NCBI GenBank assembly: GCA_002811645.1
Contig: PDIP01000035.1
Span: 124,001-188,000, forward strand
DNA length: 64,000 bases
Reading direction: 5' to 3'
DNA from: Corallochytrium limacisporum Hawaii
Lineage: Eukaryota; Protista; Pluriformea
The position numbers and the translations under genes were made by a program. Every line of letters starts with the position of its first letter. Position 1 is the first letter of the stretch. This document shows, piece by piece, positions 30,761 to 45,224 of this stretch. Below the pieces are notes generated by a model, which did no database searches, had not been told where the DNA came from, and was given only the letters and a program-made list of their open reading frames with translations.

Positions 30761-31573
30761 ATGGCATCATCTTCAATGAGGCGCTTGCCTCTCTATATCG
30801 CAGCCATCGTGGCAGGGTTCGTGACAGGCGTCGGCGTGAAAGAGGTGTATACAGAGGCAGGGATTGATGGTACACGGGGAAATGTTTTCACGGAGGCACT
30901 AAAATATGGCCAGCCCAGCAGTGAAAATCTTCGTGTTTTCGAGGCCTATGTCCTGTCATACAACACACGAACCCGTACTGCTAATTGGGTTGCAGAACAC
31001 TTATCTTCTGAGAAACTCAAATTGCCTAGATTAGACCGTACAAAATGTGAATTTTTAGAAGACAAGCGATTCGCTCCGTTACATAGAGCTACAAACATGG
31101 ACTATAGAAGGAGTGGCTACGACCGTGGACATCTTGCGGCAGCAGGGAACCACAAATCAACTCAAAATGCACAATGTGAAACCTTCTACCTTTCCAACAT
31201 CGCACCGCAGGTTGGACCAGGGTTCAATCGTGATTATTGGAACAAGCTAGAGAACTCCATTCGGGACAAGGCAATGATAATGAAGAACACGTATATCATC
31301 ACGGGTCCCCTGTACATGCCTACCCGCCGGACAGATGGGAAGAAATATGTTGAGTATGAGGTGATCGGTCCAAATGATGTTGCAGTCCCTACGCACTTTT
31401 TTAAGGCTGTTGTCTACGAGCCCTTTTCAGGTCCACTTGTCGAGGAGTATTACATACTGCCCAATAAAGCGATCCCAGATGAGGCTGCATTGGCAACGTT
31501 CCGCACAACCCCGCAGGTCATTGAACATGCCGGTGGGATACACCTGTTCCCCAAATTACGTCCCCGCACTTGA
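30761..31573 (+). CDS. ENDOG: Mitochondrial endonuclease G (Nuc1)
   Basis: YVLSYNTRTRTANWVAEHL; DYRRSGYDRGHLAAAGNH (DRGH motif); TFYLSNIAPQVG.GFNR..W..LE; VAVPTHFFK. Confidence 0.95.
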   Translation: MASSSMRRLPLYIAAIVAGFVTGVGVKEVYTEAGIDGTRGNVFTEALKYGQPSSENLRVFEAYVLSYNTRTRTANWVAEHLSSEKLKLPRLDRTKCEFLEDKRFAPLHRATNMDYRRSGYDRGHLAAAGNHKSTQNAQCETFYLSNIAPQVGPGFNRDYWNKLENSIRDKAMIMKNTYIITGPLYMPTRRTDGKKYVEYEVIGPNDVAVPTHFFKAVVYEPFSGPLVEEYYILPNKAIPDEAALATFRTTPQVIEHAGGIHLFPKLRPRT

Positions 31574-31680
31574 GGTCAAGCCATGCTGGCAATGAAGTTC
31601 GTGTAATATAGACTATGCATGATGTAGGTAGTATGTATGTAGGATGCAAAGATGAGACGACTGATATAGCAAGAAAGACA

Positions 31681-32763
31681 TCAGTCCAGCTCGATGCTCC
31701 ACTTGCTGTCTTGATCGCCAGTGGTTTCCTTGCCATGGTCCGCGCCTTGGCCAATGGTCGGTTGCTGCTTCCTGTTCATCATATTAATGTTGCCAAGACT
31801 ATCAAAGGAATTCATGTCGAAGCTACTGTTCGGGAAGAGCTGCTGACTTGGATACAAGAGATTGGACTTCATATCCTCGTGCTGGTTGTTCTGGACTCCA
31901 TCATTCATGTTCTTGACATCATTAGAGAAGCTCAGTTTGAATCCTATATCCTCCTGGGAAGGATTCATCTTGTTAAAGAACGTCAGTTGGCTCTGGTGCT
32001 GAGGAATTGACCAGCTGAAATCAGTGGCAAGGTGCGCAGTCCTTAAAGCCTGTTGCTGAAGTTGGAGTCTTTGGTATTCCGCTAACAGATCTGGATCCAT
32101 GGGCGGCACAGTATTCCGAGTCAGAGGAGTCGGCAACTGTCCTTGGCGGTTAATATTAGGATCGTGGTGCCAATGATTGAAACTACCACTAGCGAGTGCC
32201 TTAGGATCGAAATTCGACGGAATCTGACCAGCTTGGGACAGATTGGGCATGCTCATACGTGTGTTCACTATCTTGGTCTTTTCAGCCTCCATCGTTGCTC
32301 GGAGGTCAGTGTCTCCTGAATAGTAGCCAAGGTAGCGTGAATGACAAATGTTATCACCTTTAACACGCTTTTCCATGCCACGGCGGCGCTTCATCTTGTT
32401 GACAAGGTCAACCTTTCCCCTCTGGAAGTAAGGATGGCTGAACGCGATACATCGCTCGACAACGTCAGCTAGTTCACAACCAGGTGGTACCGCATGAGAT
32501 ACTTGAGATCCCTCGCGAAGAACCGTAAGTAATTCGGAAGCTGAGAACTTGTGGAAGCCATACATGTTCAATTGACGAATGAATGACTTGATCTTTGTCT
32601 GTTTGAAGAGCTGCTGTAGTACTTCGCGTTCAAACTTGTGCTTGTCTGGGATGAAGACAAAGGTTCCGTCCCGGGACCAGGAAAGGTTTTCTGTAGATCT
32701 TTGCATGTTGATATAATCCCACAATGTGTGGACGAATGTCATTTGACTGTTTTCTGCCATCAT
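31681..32763 (-). CDS. HSF-type DNA-binding-domain transcription factor
   Basis: FVHTLW...LSWSRDGTFVFI.DKHKFEREVL..LFKQTKIKSFIRQLNMYGFHK...FSHPYFQRGKVDLVNKMKRR is the HSF DBD. Q/N-rich C-terminus. First ATG 32763. Confidence 0.9.
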   Translation of the reverse strand: MMAENSQMTFVHTLWDYINMQRSTENLSWSRDGTFVFIPDKHKFEREVLQQLFKQTKIKSFIRQLNMYGFHKFSASELLTVLREGSQVSHAVPPGCELADVVERCIAFSHPYFQRGKVDLVNKMKRRRGMEKRVKGDNICHSRYLGYYSGDTDLRATMEAEKTKIVNTRMSMPNLSQAGQIPSNFDPKALASGSFNHWHHDPNINRQGQLPTPLTRNTVPPMDPDLLAEYQRLQLQQQALRTAHLATDFSWSIPQHQSQLTFFNKMNPSQEDIGFKLSFSNDVKNMNDGVQNNQHEDMKSNLLYPSQQLFPNSSFDMNSFDSLGNINMMNRKQQPTIGQGADHGKETTGDQDSKWSIELD

Positions 32764-34099
32764 GATCAAGGATGCTTACTCAAAGAATCCTTGATTCAGC
32801 TTAATGGACACTGGGAACTTAGAGCACAGTCAGATTTCATACCCATGGCTGTGGTGGGACCCTTGAAATACTAGACGGTCTCTTAGGCCTCTGGTTTAGA
32901 CTGTCCATGAGCGTCGTATACTTGTCCCAAAGAAGGTAAAGACAATCATTATCTCCATATCTGTATCAAACTGTGTACGCTGTGTGTGACGAAACTGTGA
33001 GGCCTTGGAATGGGATCGTATCGCCCCGTTTTCGCAGGTTGAGAACCTGCGTATTACAAGGAGAGGGGAATGGGGGAAAGGAGAAAAAATGGCAATCCAA
33101 CAAACTCGCGGCGGGGAAGAACGGAGAGTGCCCCGCCCCCCGCCGGGGGGGGGGGGGGCAAACAGGGGAAAGGAACGGTAAGTGCCTGATTTAGACCGGG
33201 AATGAGTGACAATTTGAGTACTAGCAGTAAATTCGGGTGCGCTTTAAATCATAGCAGAAAACGGAGAATGTTATTGCTGCGAAACATCATTCATTTGGAA
33301 TTTAACTTGCTTTGTATTCATTATTTGGGCGCGTGTGGAGGAGATGATATGGTTCGTAGAGGAAGCGGGAAAAAAGAACCGGGCGACCCAATTCAAGTTG
33401 CGTTTCAAATTGTCCGTGAACTTTCGACCTGCGAAACGGCTCAACCGACTGTCAATCATGGAACAGAGATTCCAATAAGAAGCACTGCACAGTGCAGGGA
33501 GGAGAATACTTCGTTTTTCATCACTGCACGATCGTGCGCGCCCTTGGTAGCATGACCTTTCCTGTCTGCCTGTCCTAATTCGTAGCGTTTGGCTTTGCTG
33601 ATCTCCACACTCTAACATTTTTCGTTTTCTACGACGAAATATCTCGCTCATCAACTCTACAATCCCTTATTATGTCCCCCCGCCTCTCTTTCATGGAACC
33701 GAGATCTAATAATTGTTCGTTTTCTTGCGCTCGGCTTTGTCCTGTGAAGCGAGCGAGCTGTGCTTGCAGCGATGTGTTTGAAACAATACTAACTCACCAC
33801 TTTGGGTTATTGACTGGGCGCGGCTGTCCAGTATACATTAGGACACACCGTAAGGGAGGGTTCAAGAGAGACGTTTGCTCGAAGAGGTTGCGATTTGTCG
33901 CTCATACGTGGTATGTTGGGGACGAACAGCAATGCCGGTGGGCTCCGGGATCGCCCGTAAAGTCAATCCTAGGAGAACAAAGGCCAAACTGCAAGCGAAA
34001 GACCAAGAAAGAAGGAATTTGGGAAGGATGACGGAACAAGCCAAGTTCAAGTAAAGAATAGCCAAGTGAAACTAAAGAATAGCACTCATGTGACAAACA

Positions 34100-35900
34100 C
34101 AATAGAGAACACAAAGAACACGGAAGACTAGCAAACGACTTGCCTCATTTGTCTCGTCCACCAGAAAATCTTCGCCGCGGGTCACAAATACCCAATGCTG
34201 TGGTATGCACCCGTGACTGGTATGATGAGTTGACGGGCTGTTCGGTGGTACTGGTTTGTGGATTCCTTACGTGAAAACTTTCGCTTGCGCCGCTATAGCA
34301 ATCACGTTACCGCTGCCGAAAGTACCCTAAAACCACCATCGAGGCTGGCATCCATGTTTCATTCTTTCCGCCCATTTCGATATGGCCCCACAGAGGATAG
34401 TGGGATAGTTTTTGCACGGCGTGCACTATGTGTGGGAGTCCATGTGTACAGTTGGGTTTCTTAAAACTAGGTATATTAAGTGCGGTATTTATGTACTGGT
34501 CGTTTGCACTGGGCACACGCATCATGGCGAAGGATACTGTGGGCAAAGGAGACGCATAGATCTCGTGCAACGCAGATTCAAAAAGTCTTAGTTGTTGAGG
34601 AACCGGCGACTGCCTCAATGTGTTTGGCCCTCGTTTGATATCTTTCGACATTACCAGTCGGTCAAATCAAGATGAAACAGAAGAGGATGCGACGTACACG
34701 TATCTCTATCACCGTCGAAATGAAGAGTACCTAAGTCACAGCCCTCAGAAGGTTGGTTTTTTGTCCGTTTGAGCTGGTCTGCGTGAACGACCACTGATGG
34801 GAACATAGTTTCGGGAAATCCCTACCAGAGTTAGTGATGGGAACCACGATTGTGGGCCAGGCCGTCATCGACTTTCGTCACAAACTTGAATACCAGGAAT
34901 TTATTCCGTGCACAGCCCAAACATTGACTCCTACAGATGGCTCTTCACGGTGCACATAGTGCAGTTGGGTAGCAGGACGTCATCATCACCTGAGTATAGG
35001 GGGCATCTGTCTTGTCCACTGTTGGGGGGGGTTAACAAGCCCGAGGAAAGGATGGTGAACCCCTGAATCCAATAAAGCAGTTCGCTTGTGCGTGCCGGTG
35101 AATGAGAGGAATGTAAACATTGGGGGATGGACAATAGCCAAAAAAGTACAGCGGTTTAGCGCAAATCGGAATTCCGAAGTTGAAGTAAGAGATACGGTAG
35201 TATGTCACATCTAAATTTTGCCTATCAACAGAATTGCATCGTCGTTTACATGAATAATGCGGAGGCCACTTTGGCTATTCAACAAGATGAACGGGTTTAC
35301 AGGTGGTGATGATGTAGGAGTAGGATTTGCTTAAAATCCCTGCGCTGCGTGCAACTCGTTTATTAAGAGCGACGTGTCGCGCATTTAAGGGGGACGAAAA
35401 TGAGGGTCTTCACCTGTATTGGACATCAATGTGTTATGGGAGAAGTCGAAGCCTTACATCACTCCTCTGCCTGCTAATGTGAGGAGAGCAGTGCCAGTGG
35501 CAGAGAAGAGGCGCCCGAGGTGGACAGCCCACAGCTGACCATGCCCACTCCCATTATCACTTTCACTCGCTCCGTGTCTTGCCACTGTCATTTGGGAAAC
35601 TAATACTTGTTTGGGTCCACCAGCAATTACAATTGTAAAGACAGCATTCTGAAAAGCGAGTTCACTTCAGATCATTGCGCATGCAGTACTCATGATCGGA
35701 TTGCATGAGTAGTGACAGAGTGCATTCAGGTTATCATGGGCAAAAAGTCCGGACGACCTGCTCCATATAGTGCACGCCGACGCCCGCTCGAGGAACTGAT
35801 GGTGTCACAGATTCAAAATAGCCAAACTAGAGCACGGAGGGAATCTTCCGCTGGGACCTGTATTGGCCAACTAGTCACGAAACTCGAGGTGGGCGCGAGC
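34100..35900 (+). mobile_element. Degenerate Ty3/Gypsy pol relic (RT C-term, RNaseH, integrase)
   Basis: Plus-strand remnants in order: IKCG...TGHT..GEG, cf. RT KCxF..LGH (~34475-34535); IVGQAVIDFRHKLEYQEFIPCTAQTLT, cf. RNaseH AVKxFRHYLEGREFxxxTDHKPL (~34850-34930); LHE*CGGHFGY and CAACNS, the integrase HHCC (~35245-35360); GN*YLF (~35595). Frameshifted and stop-laden; ends approximate. Confidence 0.7.
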
Positions 35901-36449
35901 GAATAGACATATATATTGGTATAAAAACTATGGGCTGTGGAAAGGGAAACTATCATGCATTCCTGGCCCCTTTCTAGCGTCAATAAAACTGAATGACTTG
36001 CCTAGTTTTCGTGCTAAGGTAATGGAATTCCCGTCGCCCATTTCTCTGGCGCAACCGGAATTTCCTATATACATTCCCGCAAACAACCAGTATGAATCCC
36101 TGACAATAGTAAAAGGGGCGGACGAGGGGCGAAGATGGTGATGGAACCACATTGCACACCACAGAGTGTGCTCATATAACCCATCTGGTAACTCTCCCAA
36201 ATGGGTTAAACTTTTGTGCTGCAAAAGTTGCAAACAATCCGTGCTTCGGAGGTAAGCTTTGAACAGAGGGAAGAAGACGCGAGCATAGAATGCCGTTTGT
36301 ACTTACCCATGCCATTTTCAGAATATTTGAAATCACTATAAATCCAATTTTGATTAATTCTTATACTCTAGGGGAGGGCGGCCGATATCATGCCCGATCT
36401 ACTCTTTCTTCCGGAGCCATGTCCTTAGTTGGCGGACTACTGACGCTTT

Positions 36450-36992
36450 CTAAACGTCTGACTTCGGTTTCCGCACCTTCGGAACCCAGGCCCAGATCAT
36501 TTCAATATCAATGGGGTTCTTGTTGTCCGCATCGGTGATGGTGCACGCTACATTGACCTCTCCTTTCTCTGTCGTCTGGATCTGATTGACTTGCTCGTCT
36601 GTGAGCTGCGCATTGGCAAGTACAGCTCCAGTAGCAGGGCGTTTGACAAAATGAGCAGACGTGCTTTTCAGTACAGGAACAGAAGTGTCAGGCACATTGA
36701 TTCCGACGATCATTCCAGTCGCACTTTCTGCTGCAAGAATAATTGCGACCGCATGTACAAACCCGAGGTGGTTTTGGTTTTTGCGGTGATTCTCCATCTT
36801 TGTCTGCACCCGGTTGTTGTCAATGTAGTCGATCTTGAGACTGCATGTTCCTGCAAGTTTGACCTGATAGTTGAAGGCCGCCGATAAGAGAGGAGACTGG
36901 GCCCATGTCGGTGCGAACTGCTTCACGTTAGCCACAAGCCGCGAGAAAGTGTTCGTGACCTTAATGCCCTGCACAATCTTCGCCGCAGACAT
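36450..36992 (-). CDS. DUF4442/YiiD-like HotDog-fold (thioesterase-like) protein of bacterial type
   Basis: QVKLAGT..LKI, NQNHLGFVHAVAIILAAESATG, VPD..VPVLKS, KGEVNV..TITD..PI..EMIWAWVPK match my recollection of proteobacterial DUF4442 proteins. Confidence 0.72.
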   Translation of the reverse strand: MSAAKIVQGIKVTNTFSRLVANVKQFAPTWAQSPLLSAAFNYQVKLAGTCSLKIDYIDNNRVQTKMENHRKNQNHLGFVHAVAIILAAESATGMIVGINVPDTSVPVLKSTSAHFVKRPATGAVLANAQLTDEQVNQIQTTEKGEVNVACTITDADNKNPIDIEMIWAWVPKVRKPKSDV

Positions 36993-38546
36993 GGTTCTTG
37001 GTTTTCGTTGTCTAGTAATTCAGGTCCTTCTTTGCACATATTTTCTTGCTGTATCGATGAAGTATTAGAGCGCAATAAAATAACTTCACTGAGCTAGGAC
37101 TTCGTGCATTTGTATGCACCACGTACCCGCCGACCTTTTTGCGGCGTCGGAGATGCGGGCGTGAACCCCTTGCGGCCAGGACTGATTATAAATCAGAATG
37201 AAAACGTCCAGAATTTATCCATGTATTTCACAGTATATAGAGTAGTGACAAAGAATATTTGATTTGATTTATGATTTTGAATCGGATTGATTATTGAAAC
37301 TGCCTAAGCGTCTGCTATTGACTCTCTTTCATAGTTTTGCAACGTAAGCGATATCCTTTTCTACCCCGTATATGAAACCCCCGCCTATCGTAGCATCGCG
37401 ATGGTGAACAAAACTGACTCACCCGGTCCAGTATGCCAACACGTGTACGCGAGACTGTGATCCTGGTCGATATTTTTGCCATAGAGGTTTCGAAATCGCT
37501 CAGCTGATGCCTTCGTGGACTGCGTAGCAATAGCCATTGCTATGAGCGTTTGGGAAATCTCAATCTACTCGGGGTGTTGTCAATTGCAATACAAGGGAAT
37601 GGTGCCAGACTGCGATGGGCACACAGCATGGCACGCTGAGTGCGGAGTAGTTTCAAGGCGAAGAAACTGAGAAAACATTGACAGAGGAGGGGAGAGAGTT
37701 TTGGGGTGAGAATAGCAGCAAGGGGCAGTGCATACTGTCAGTACTTTTTATACTTTATATACCAAGGCTTATGTGTTGGGCTCAGTCGTAGCGATGACAA
37801 ACAGGTGAAGGTCAGCAATGGGAACGGCCAAGAGACAGACTATTCAATACGCTGTGTGTGTACCGGGACCTAGCTAACGGTTACTTGGTCGATCCCCGCC
37901 ACTCTAATTTGTTGATGCCTACCAATAGAAATAAAGTGTAACTAAAAACAACCTCTCGAAGATCGGCAGCACGCTTTATCCTCTCACCGTCCTACAAAAT
38001 CATCCATTGTCTCCAATTCTTTTCCCATAGAGTGCCTATGGGGCGCAACGGTGCACAACCGAGGTGACGTTAAACCGGAAATCGGAGAGAGGAACCGTGG
38101 TACGATTCCCGCCGTAAGTGGGTGCATTAGCGGGAGGGGAGATCAGGAAGAGGCCTTGGTTGCCGGGCTTGTTGCTTAAGGGAAAAACACCCCCGTACGA
38201 ATGGCCCTATGTTGTGGGTGTGATTTGAGAGCTTCAGATGTAGAGGATGTAATCGTGCTATGTTTGCGTGGTGCATGAGGGATCTCCGTTCGTGATAACA
38301 TGTTTCGTGCGGTCATCTGCCGTGTACGGCTACAGTACAGAGCACGTATAGAAGCGGCGGGTCACCTGGAACTTAATCAAGCAAGTTACAGTCTTTTCGT
38401 AATTCTACTTGACACCAAGCAGACTGCGTTGGTGGACTACAAATTCGTAACGAGCCAGTATTAATATAGCAACTGATCGTACGAGTCGCTTCTTGAGCCA
38501 GGTCTCAGCAAGCGAATCAGATCCAAAGGCTAATCAAGGTCCTTCG

Positions 38547-39950
38547 ATGGTACGACCGTCTCTGGCATCCAAAATGGCGAAAGCAACTTACGACTTCCTT
38601 GTTCTCGGTGGTGGCTCTGGTGGCGTGGCATCTGCTCGTCGTGCTGCTCAGCACGGTGCCAAGTGTGCTGTGATCGAGGGTCAGGCCATGGGTGGCACTT
38701 GTGTCAATGTGGGCTGTGTCCCTAAGAAGATCATGTTTGCTACATCTCAGCACATGGAGTTCATTAAGGAGCATGCCTCTTATGGTTTCAAGACCGAAAT
38801 GCACGGGTGGGACTACCCTGCTCTGAGGGATAAACGCCAAGCGTATATCAAGCGTCTAAATGGCATCTACGACAACAATCTGAACAACGCTGGCGTCGAC
38901 ATCATTCGGGGCTGGGGCAAGTTTGTGGGTCCCAAGCAGATTGAGGTCAACGGGGAAGTATACGAAGGTAAGAAGATCCTCATCGCAGTCGGCGGCGCTC
39001 CCTCCGTGCCCGACATTCCCGGCAAGGAGCATTGTATCACCTCTGACAGTTTCTTTACCATGAAACAGTGGCCCAGGAAGATTGCTGTGGTTGGCGCTGG
39101 GTACATCGCGATCGAATTGGCCGGTATTCTGAACGGACTGGGTGCCAAGACCGACCTTTTCATCCGTCACGAGCGCTTCCTGCGGACGTTTGACCCCATG
39201 GTTCAAGAGACTGTTGAGCACCACATGGTCAAAGATGGCGTGAATCTGATCAAGCACAAGAGCCCCAAGGCTGTCGACAAAAAGGCGGATGGTACACTGT
39301 CTTACACTGTCAAGTCCACCACTGGTGGCCCAGACGAGACATTTGATGGCTATGACGAGGTTCTGATTGCCATTGGACGTGGGCCCCTGGTGGACATTGG
39401 TTTGGACAAAGTCCCTGGCATCAAGCAGGACACTAAGGGACATATCATTGTGGATGAGTTCCAGAACACGGGAGCAGAAGATGTATACTCTTTGGGTGAT
39501 GTGACTGGCAAGTGGCCGTTGACCCCTGTGGCCATTGCGGCAGGTCGTCGTCTCTGTGAGCGGCTGTTCAACGGCAAGACCAACCTCAAGCTGAATTACA
39601 GCGAAATTCCCACTGTGGTCTTCTCCCACCCTCCGACCGGAACTGTCGGCATGACCCAACCCGAGGCTGAGAAAGAGTTTGGCGCTGAGAATGTCAAGGT
39701 GTACACCTCCAACTTCAATGCTCTGTACTACGCAATGATGGAGCCGGATATGAAGGTGCAGACCAAGATGAAGCTGGTCTGCAAGCTGCCAGAGGAGAAA
39801 GTGGTCGGTCTCCATATGGTTGGCCGTGACTGCGATGAGATTCTGCAGGGCTTCGGTGTAGCCATTAAGATGGGTGCTACCAAGGCAGATTTCGATGAGT
39901 GTGTCGCCATCCATCCCACTAGCGCCGAGGAACTGGTCACCATGAAGTAA
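38547..39950 (+). CDS. GSR: Glutathione reductase (second in-frame ATG at 38574)
   Basis: GGGSGG FAD motif; [13 protein letters not shown] redox disulfide; GAGYIA.E NADPH motif; [12 protein letters not shown]; C-terminal [13 protein letters not shown]. Confidence 0.97.
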   Translation: MVRPSLASKMAKATYDFLVLGGGSGGVASARRAAQHGAKCAVIEGQAMGGTCVNVGCVPKKIMFATSQHMEFIKEHASYGFKTEMHGWDYPALRDKRQAYIKRLNGIYDNNLNNAGVDIIRGWGKFVGPKQIEVNGEVYEGKKILIAVGGAPSVPDIPGKEHCITSDSFFTMKQWPRKIAVVGAGYIAIELAGILNGLGAKTDLFIRHERFLRTFDPMVQETVEHHMVKDGVNLIKHKSPKAVDKKADGTLSYTVKSTTGGPDETFDGYDEVLIAIGRGPLVDIGLDKVPGIKQDTKGHIIVDEFQNTGAEDVYSLGDVTGKWPLTPVAIAAGRRLCERLFNGKTNLKLNYSEIPTVVFSHPPTGTVGMTQPEAEKEFGAENVKVYTSNFNALYYAMMEPDMKVQTKMKLVCKLPEEKVVGLHMVGRDCDEILQGFGVAIKMGATKADFDECVAIHPTSAEELVTMK

Positions 39951-40178
39951 ACTAACATTCCTCTATCTCTCTCTCGCCTTATTGGGCATCTCCCATACCT
40001 ACAATCAATTTGAAAGATAATACAAAAGCAATTGTGAGACCGCGAGTCCCAGTTATGTCAGTTACTACAAATGGTGTGATTCAAGAAGATGTATTCAAGT
40101 GCATGAAAAATGTTCATAATGATATAAAAGGGTGCCTTGTCAGAAACAAGGAACCATGGGTCCCTGAGGGAACATATT

Positions 40179-42326
<2,148 letters not shown>

Positions 42327-43234
42327 TTACTTCAGCTAACTTCTCAAGCTGAAAAGAATCCCAAAATTGCTTCGCAGGATTTATATTCCCCGGTTTCTTT
42401 ATAGGCAAATTCGATTGGCTATTCGCTGTATTCTTTTTCTTTAACAGGAAAAAAAAAGAAAAAGAACAAATAAGAACTGATCGCTATTTTCTTTGCTATA
42501 CACACGTGGAAATTTTCTTTACAAATTGATCAACGGGAGAGAATTTTATAGCTTACACTTACATTTCCAATGTCTTCCTACATTGTCGTAGGTGGGTTTC
42601 CTAGAGTTTAGTGACGTGCACATTTTGCCAATAATATGGCCACACGGGAGACGGTCGTCGGAATCGAAAAGCGAGATAAAAAGTTTAAAGAGTGGCTGTT
42701 GAACATCCGTAATGAAGAGGACACGCTCCACCAAGGAGCGCCAAAACAAACAATGGGAGAACCACTGGTTCACTGAACAGCAGCTGGAGGAGTGACTTAG
42801 CGAGAGGCCCCCACCCCCCTTCCGGTCTCATCATCTCTCTCCACCCCTACCCCCCCCACACGCAGGGGCCTTGCGGGCGCCACGGCAGCCACACGGTTAG
42901 CAGTCGGAAGCCACACGAGCTCTCTCGCTCAAATACACGGGGACTGTACCCCACTTGTCCCACCCGGGCACCTCCGCCAAAGAGGTCGCTTCGAGGTTAC
43001 CTCACAAGTATTGCATTTCGCATACATGCGAGAAAGGTCAAGTACATTCAACATGGTCGGCGGAAAAGGTTCGGGAAGGAACCCTCCCTCCTTCGGTGCC
43101 GGTGATGCCCATTTCCCCCGTTTACAATATTCTCTCCGCAAATTGCGACTAGTAAACTATTCCTGAACCTTGGGTACTGATACCCCGGGTACTGGACTCA
43201 TAGCCGGGCGGGGGGTGGGGGGGGCAGGCGCAAG

Positions 43235-43465
43235 NNNNNNNNNNNNNNNNNNNNNNNNNNNNNNNNNNNNNNNNNNNNNNNNNNNNNNNNNNNNNNNNNN
43301 NNNNNNNNNNNNNNNNNNNNNNNNNNNNNNNNNNNNNNNNNNNNNNNNNNNNNNNNNNNNNNNNNNNNNNNNNNNNNNNNNNNNNNNNNNNNNNNNNNNN
43401 NNNNNNNNNNNNNNNNNNNNNNNNNNNNNNNNNNNNNNNNNNNNNNNNNNNNNNNNNNNNNNNNN
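43235..43465. other. Assembly gap next to G-rich tract
   Basis: N run preceded by gggcggggggtgggggggg (43206-43224). Confidence 0.95.
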
Positions 43466-45224
43466 AAACAAAAAGGGAACAGGGTCCGCTGCTTGCCAAG
43501 AGCAGCAGCAAGGCGGGCAAGCACGCGCTTACCAGCTCTTTGGTATTGAATGTACCGACTCTGCAACGGATGAAGAAAAAAATTCTTTGGCACAGTGCGA
43601 AATCATCAGCTGAGCCTTATACGGGATAGAGAGATCGAGAAGGAGACTGCAGAAGAATACCTTAGTAAATGTTCGACGATTCTTTACAGGTCACACACTT
43701 GACCCTGTGTGCATGCGTGGTTGCTTCCGCTCGACGCTTCACCCGTATACGTCAGCTGTCTTCCAAGGGCCGTACACTTGCTATGAGCTCGTGGTTCCAG
43801 CCGTCACTTGGCTCTGTTTCTATGTGTGGGAAGAAGCAACAGAATCAAACACTGAGTGAGCCCATTGCTCCATGTGCAGAATAGAGCGAACGAGTAATAT
43901 CCAATTGACCTATGCAAGTCGTGGGGTTTCTAGAATATTAAATATTACACTGCCACCACTTGAAAAAGACAAACACGCATGAGATGATAAGCTGGCAATC
44001 CAATTGTCGCCCATGTGGGCACTGTTCTCGCGCTCCACCGGCACAGCGCGGTGTCCAGCTGTGTGCAGCGCTGAAGGACCCCCTGTCAAACAGTAAAACT
44101 TACACTTGGCACTTATCGCATGCAACTATGCACCCTGGGCTGGCATCGCGGACGCTTGCCAAAGTGAGAGCAAGCTGAAACGAACGAAACGGCCGCAGCG
44201 TCTCCTTCCCGGTAGAAAAACACCTCTTTCGTCCATCCCTGCGCTTCCCTCCCCTGCAAATGCTCCCGGGACGATTCCTATTGAGGGTCTGAAAGAAGGG
44301 GGGGAGAAGGAGAAGGGGAGGGGGGGGGGAAATTCCCCGGCCGGGCGCTGAGCGGGGGAACGGGTGAGGACGTAGCCCTTCTGCCATCGGTGTACAAATG
44401 GGCGTCCCTTTTTGGGATGGTGTTTTCATATTCTTCCAACGGGCCGCAGTGGGGCTTTGCTGGGCTGTGCTGTGGTGGATGTACCTGTACGTGCGGTGCT
44501 TTATTTCTTTGCCGTGATGGTAGAGTAGAATCTGGACGTGTGCTACAGCATGGGGCCATTCCCTGCCTTATACATTATACAGTGTGGGCACGCATTTGCA
44601 CACGGCACAAAAACTGCTCCCGGAGATATTTGCCATCTCGCCGACCGTTCTTCATACGCTGTGTTTCAAGAAGGTCGAAGCAAGCAATGCTAAGGAACCA
44701 TCCCGGAACATCCAGATCGATGACTGCAGCAAACGAAAGACTCCAAGGAAACAATCCGGTTTCAAGTAACATCATCAGCGTCTAACATCCACTGGTATCA
44801 TGGTTATGAAATCTAGGACAAAGTTCAAAGAACTTGGGTAACTGGTAGGCACTCCCGCGCACCTTCTCGTCACTGATTTTGATTTTTCTATGTACCGTTG
44901 TGACGTTTGTGACGGGTCTCGTTGAAGGGAAAGATGGGCGCGAAGGCCGGCGCGAGAAGAGGGAGGGAGGGGGGGGATGGGAAGGGGTCCTGGTACGCGC
45001 CGGGAAACAGCAGCAGCCGCGCGTCCGCTTCCTGCAAAACGGGCCCTCTCGTCCTCTCGTATATCCCCTCCTTCCATTTGAAGCGCACCACTCCAATAGA
45101 ATTTCCTCCACCACTCGGCCCACCCTCTGATTTGGATCGTTATTATTGATTTATTGACGAGTGCACTATGTACTATCATGTCGAGTACATTATCAATGGA
45201 ATCACACGATGATAAGAAGACTGT

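Noticed and set aside
37119-37165. GC-rich imperfect hairpin upstream of the DUF4442 gene
   Set aside because: Short and bulged; within chance expectation for GC-rich DNA.
42546-45179. Numerous short ORFs between DDX3 and Rap1GAP, and in 14900-16270 and 25700-29300
   Set aside because: Low-complexity, mostly non-ATG starts or spanning N-gaps, no domain signal; treated as regulatory or intergenic.
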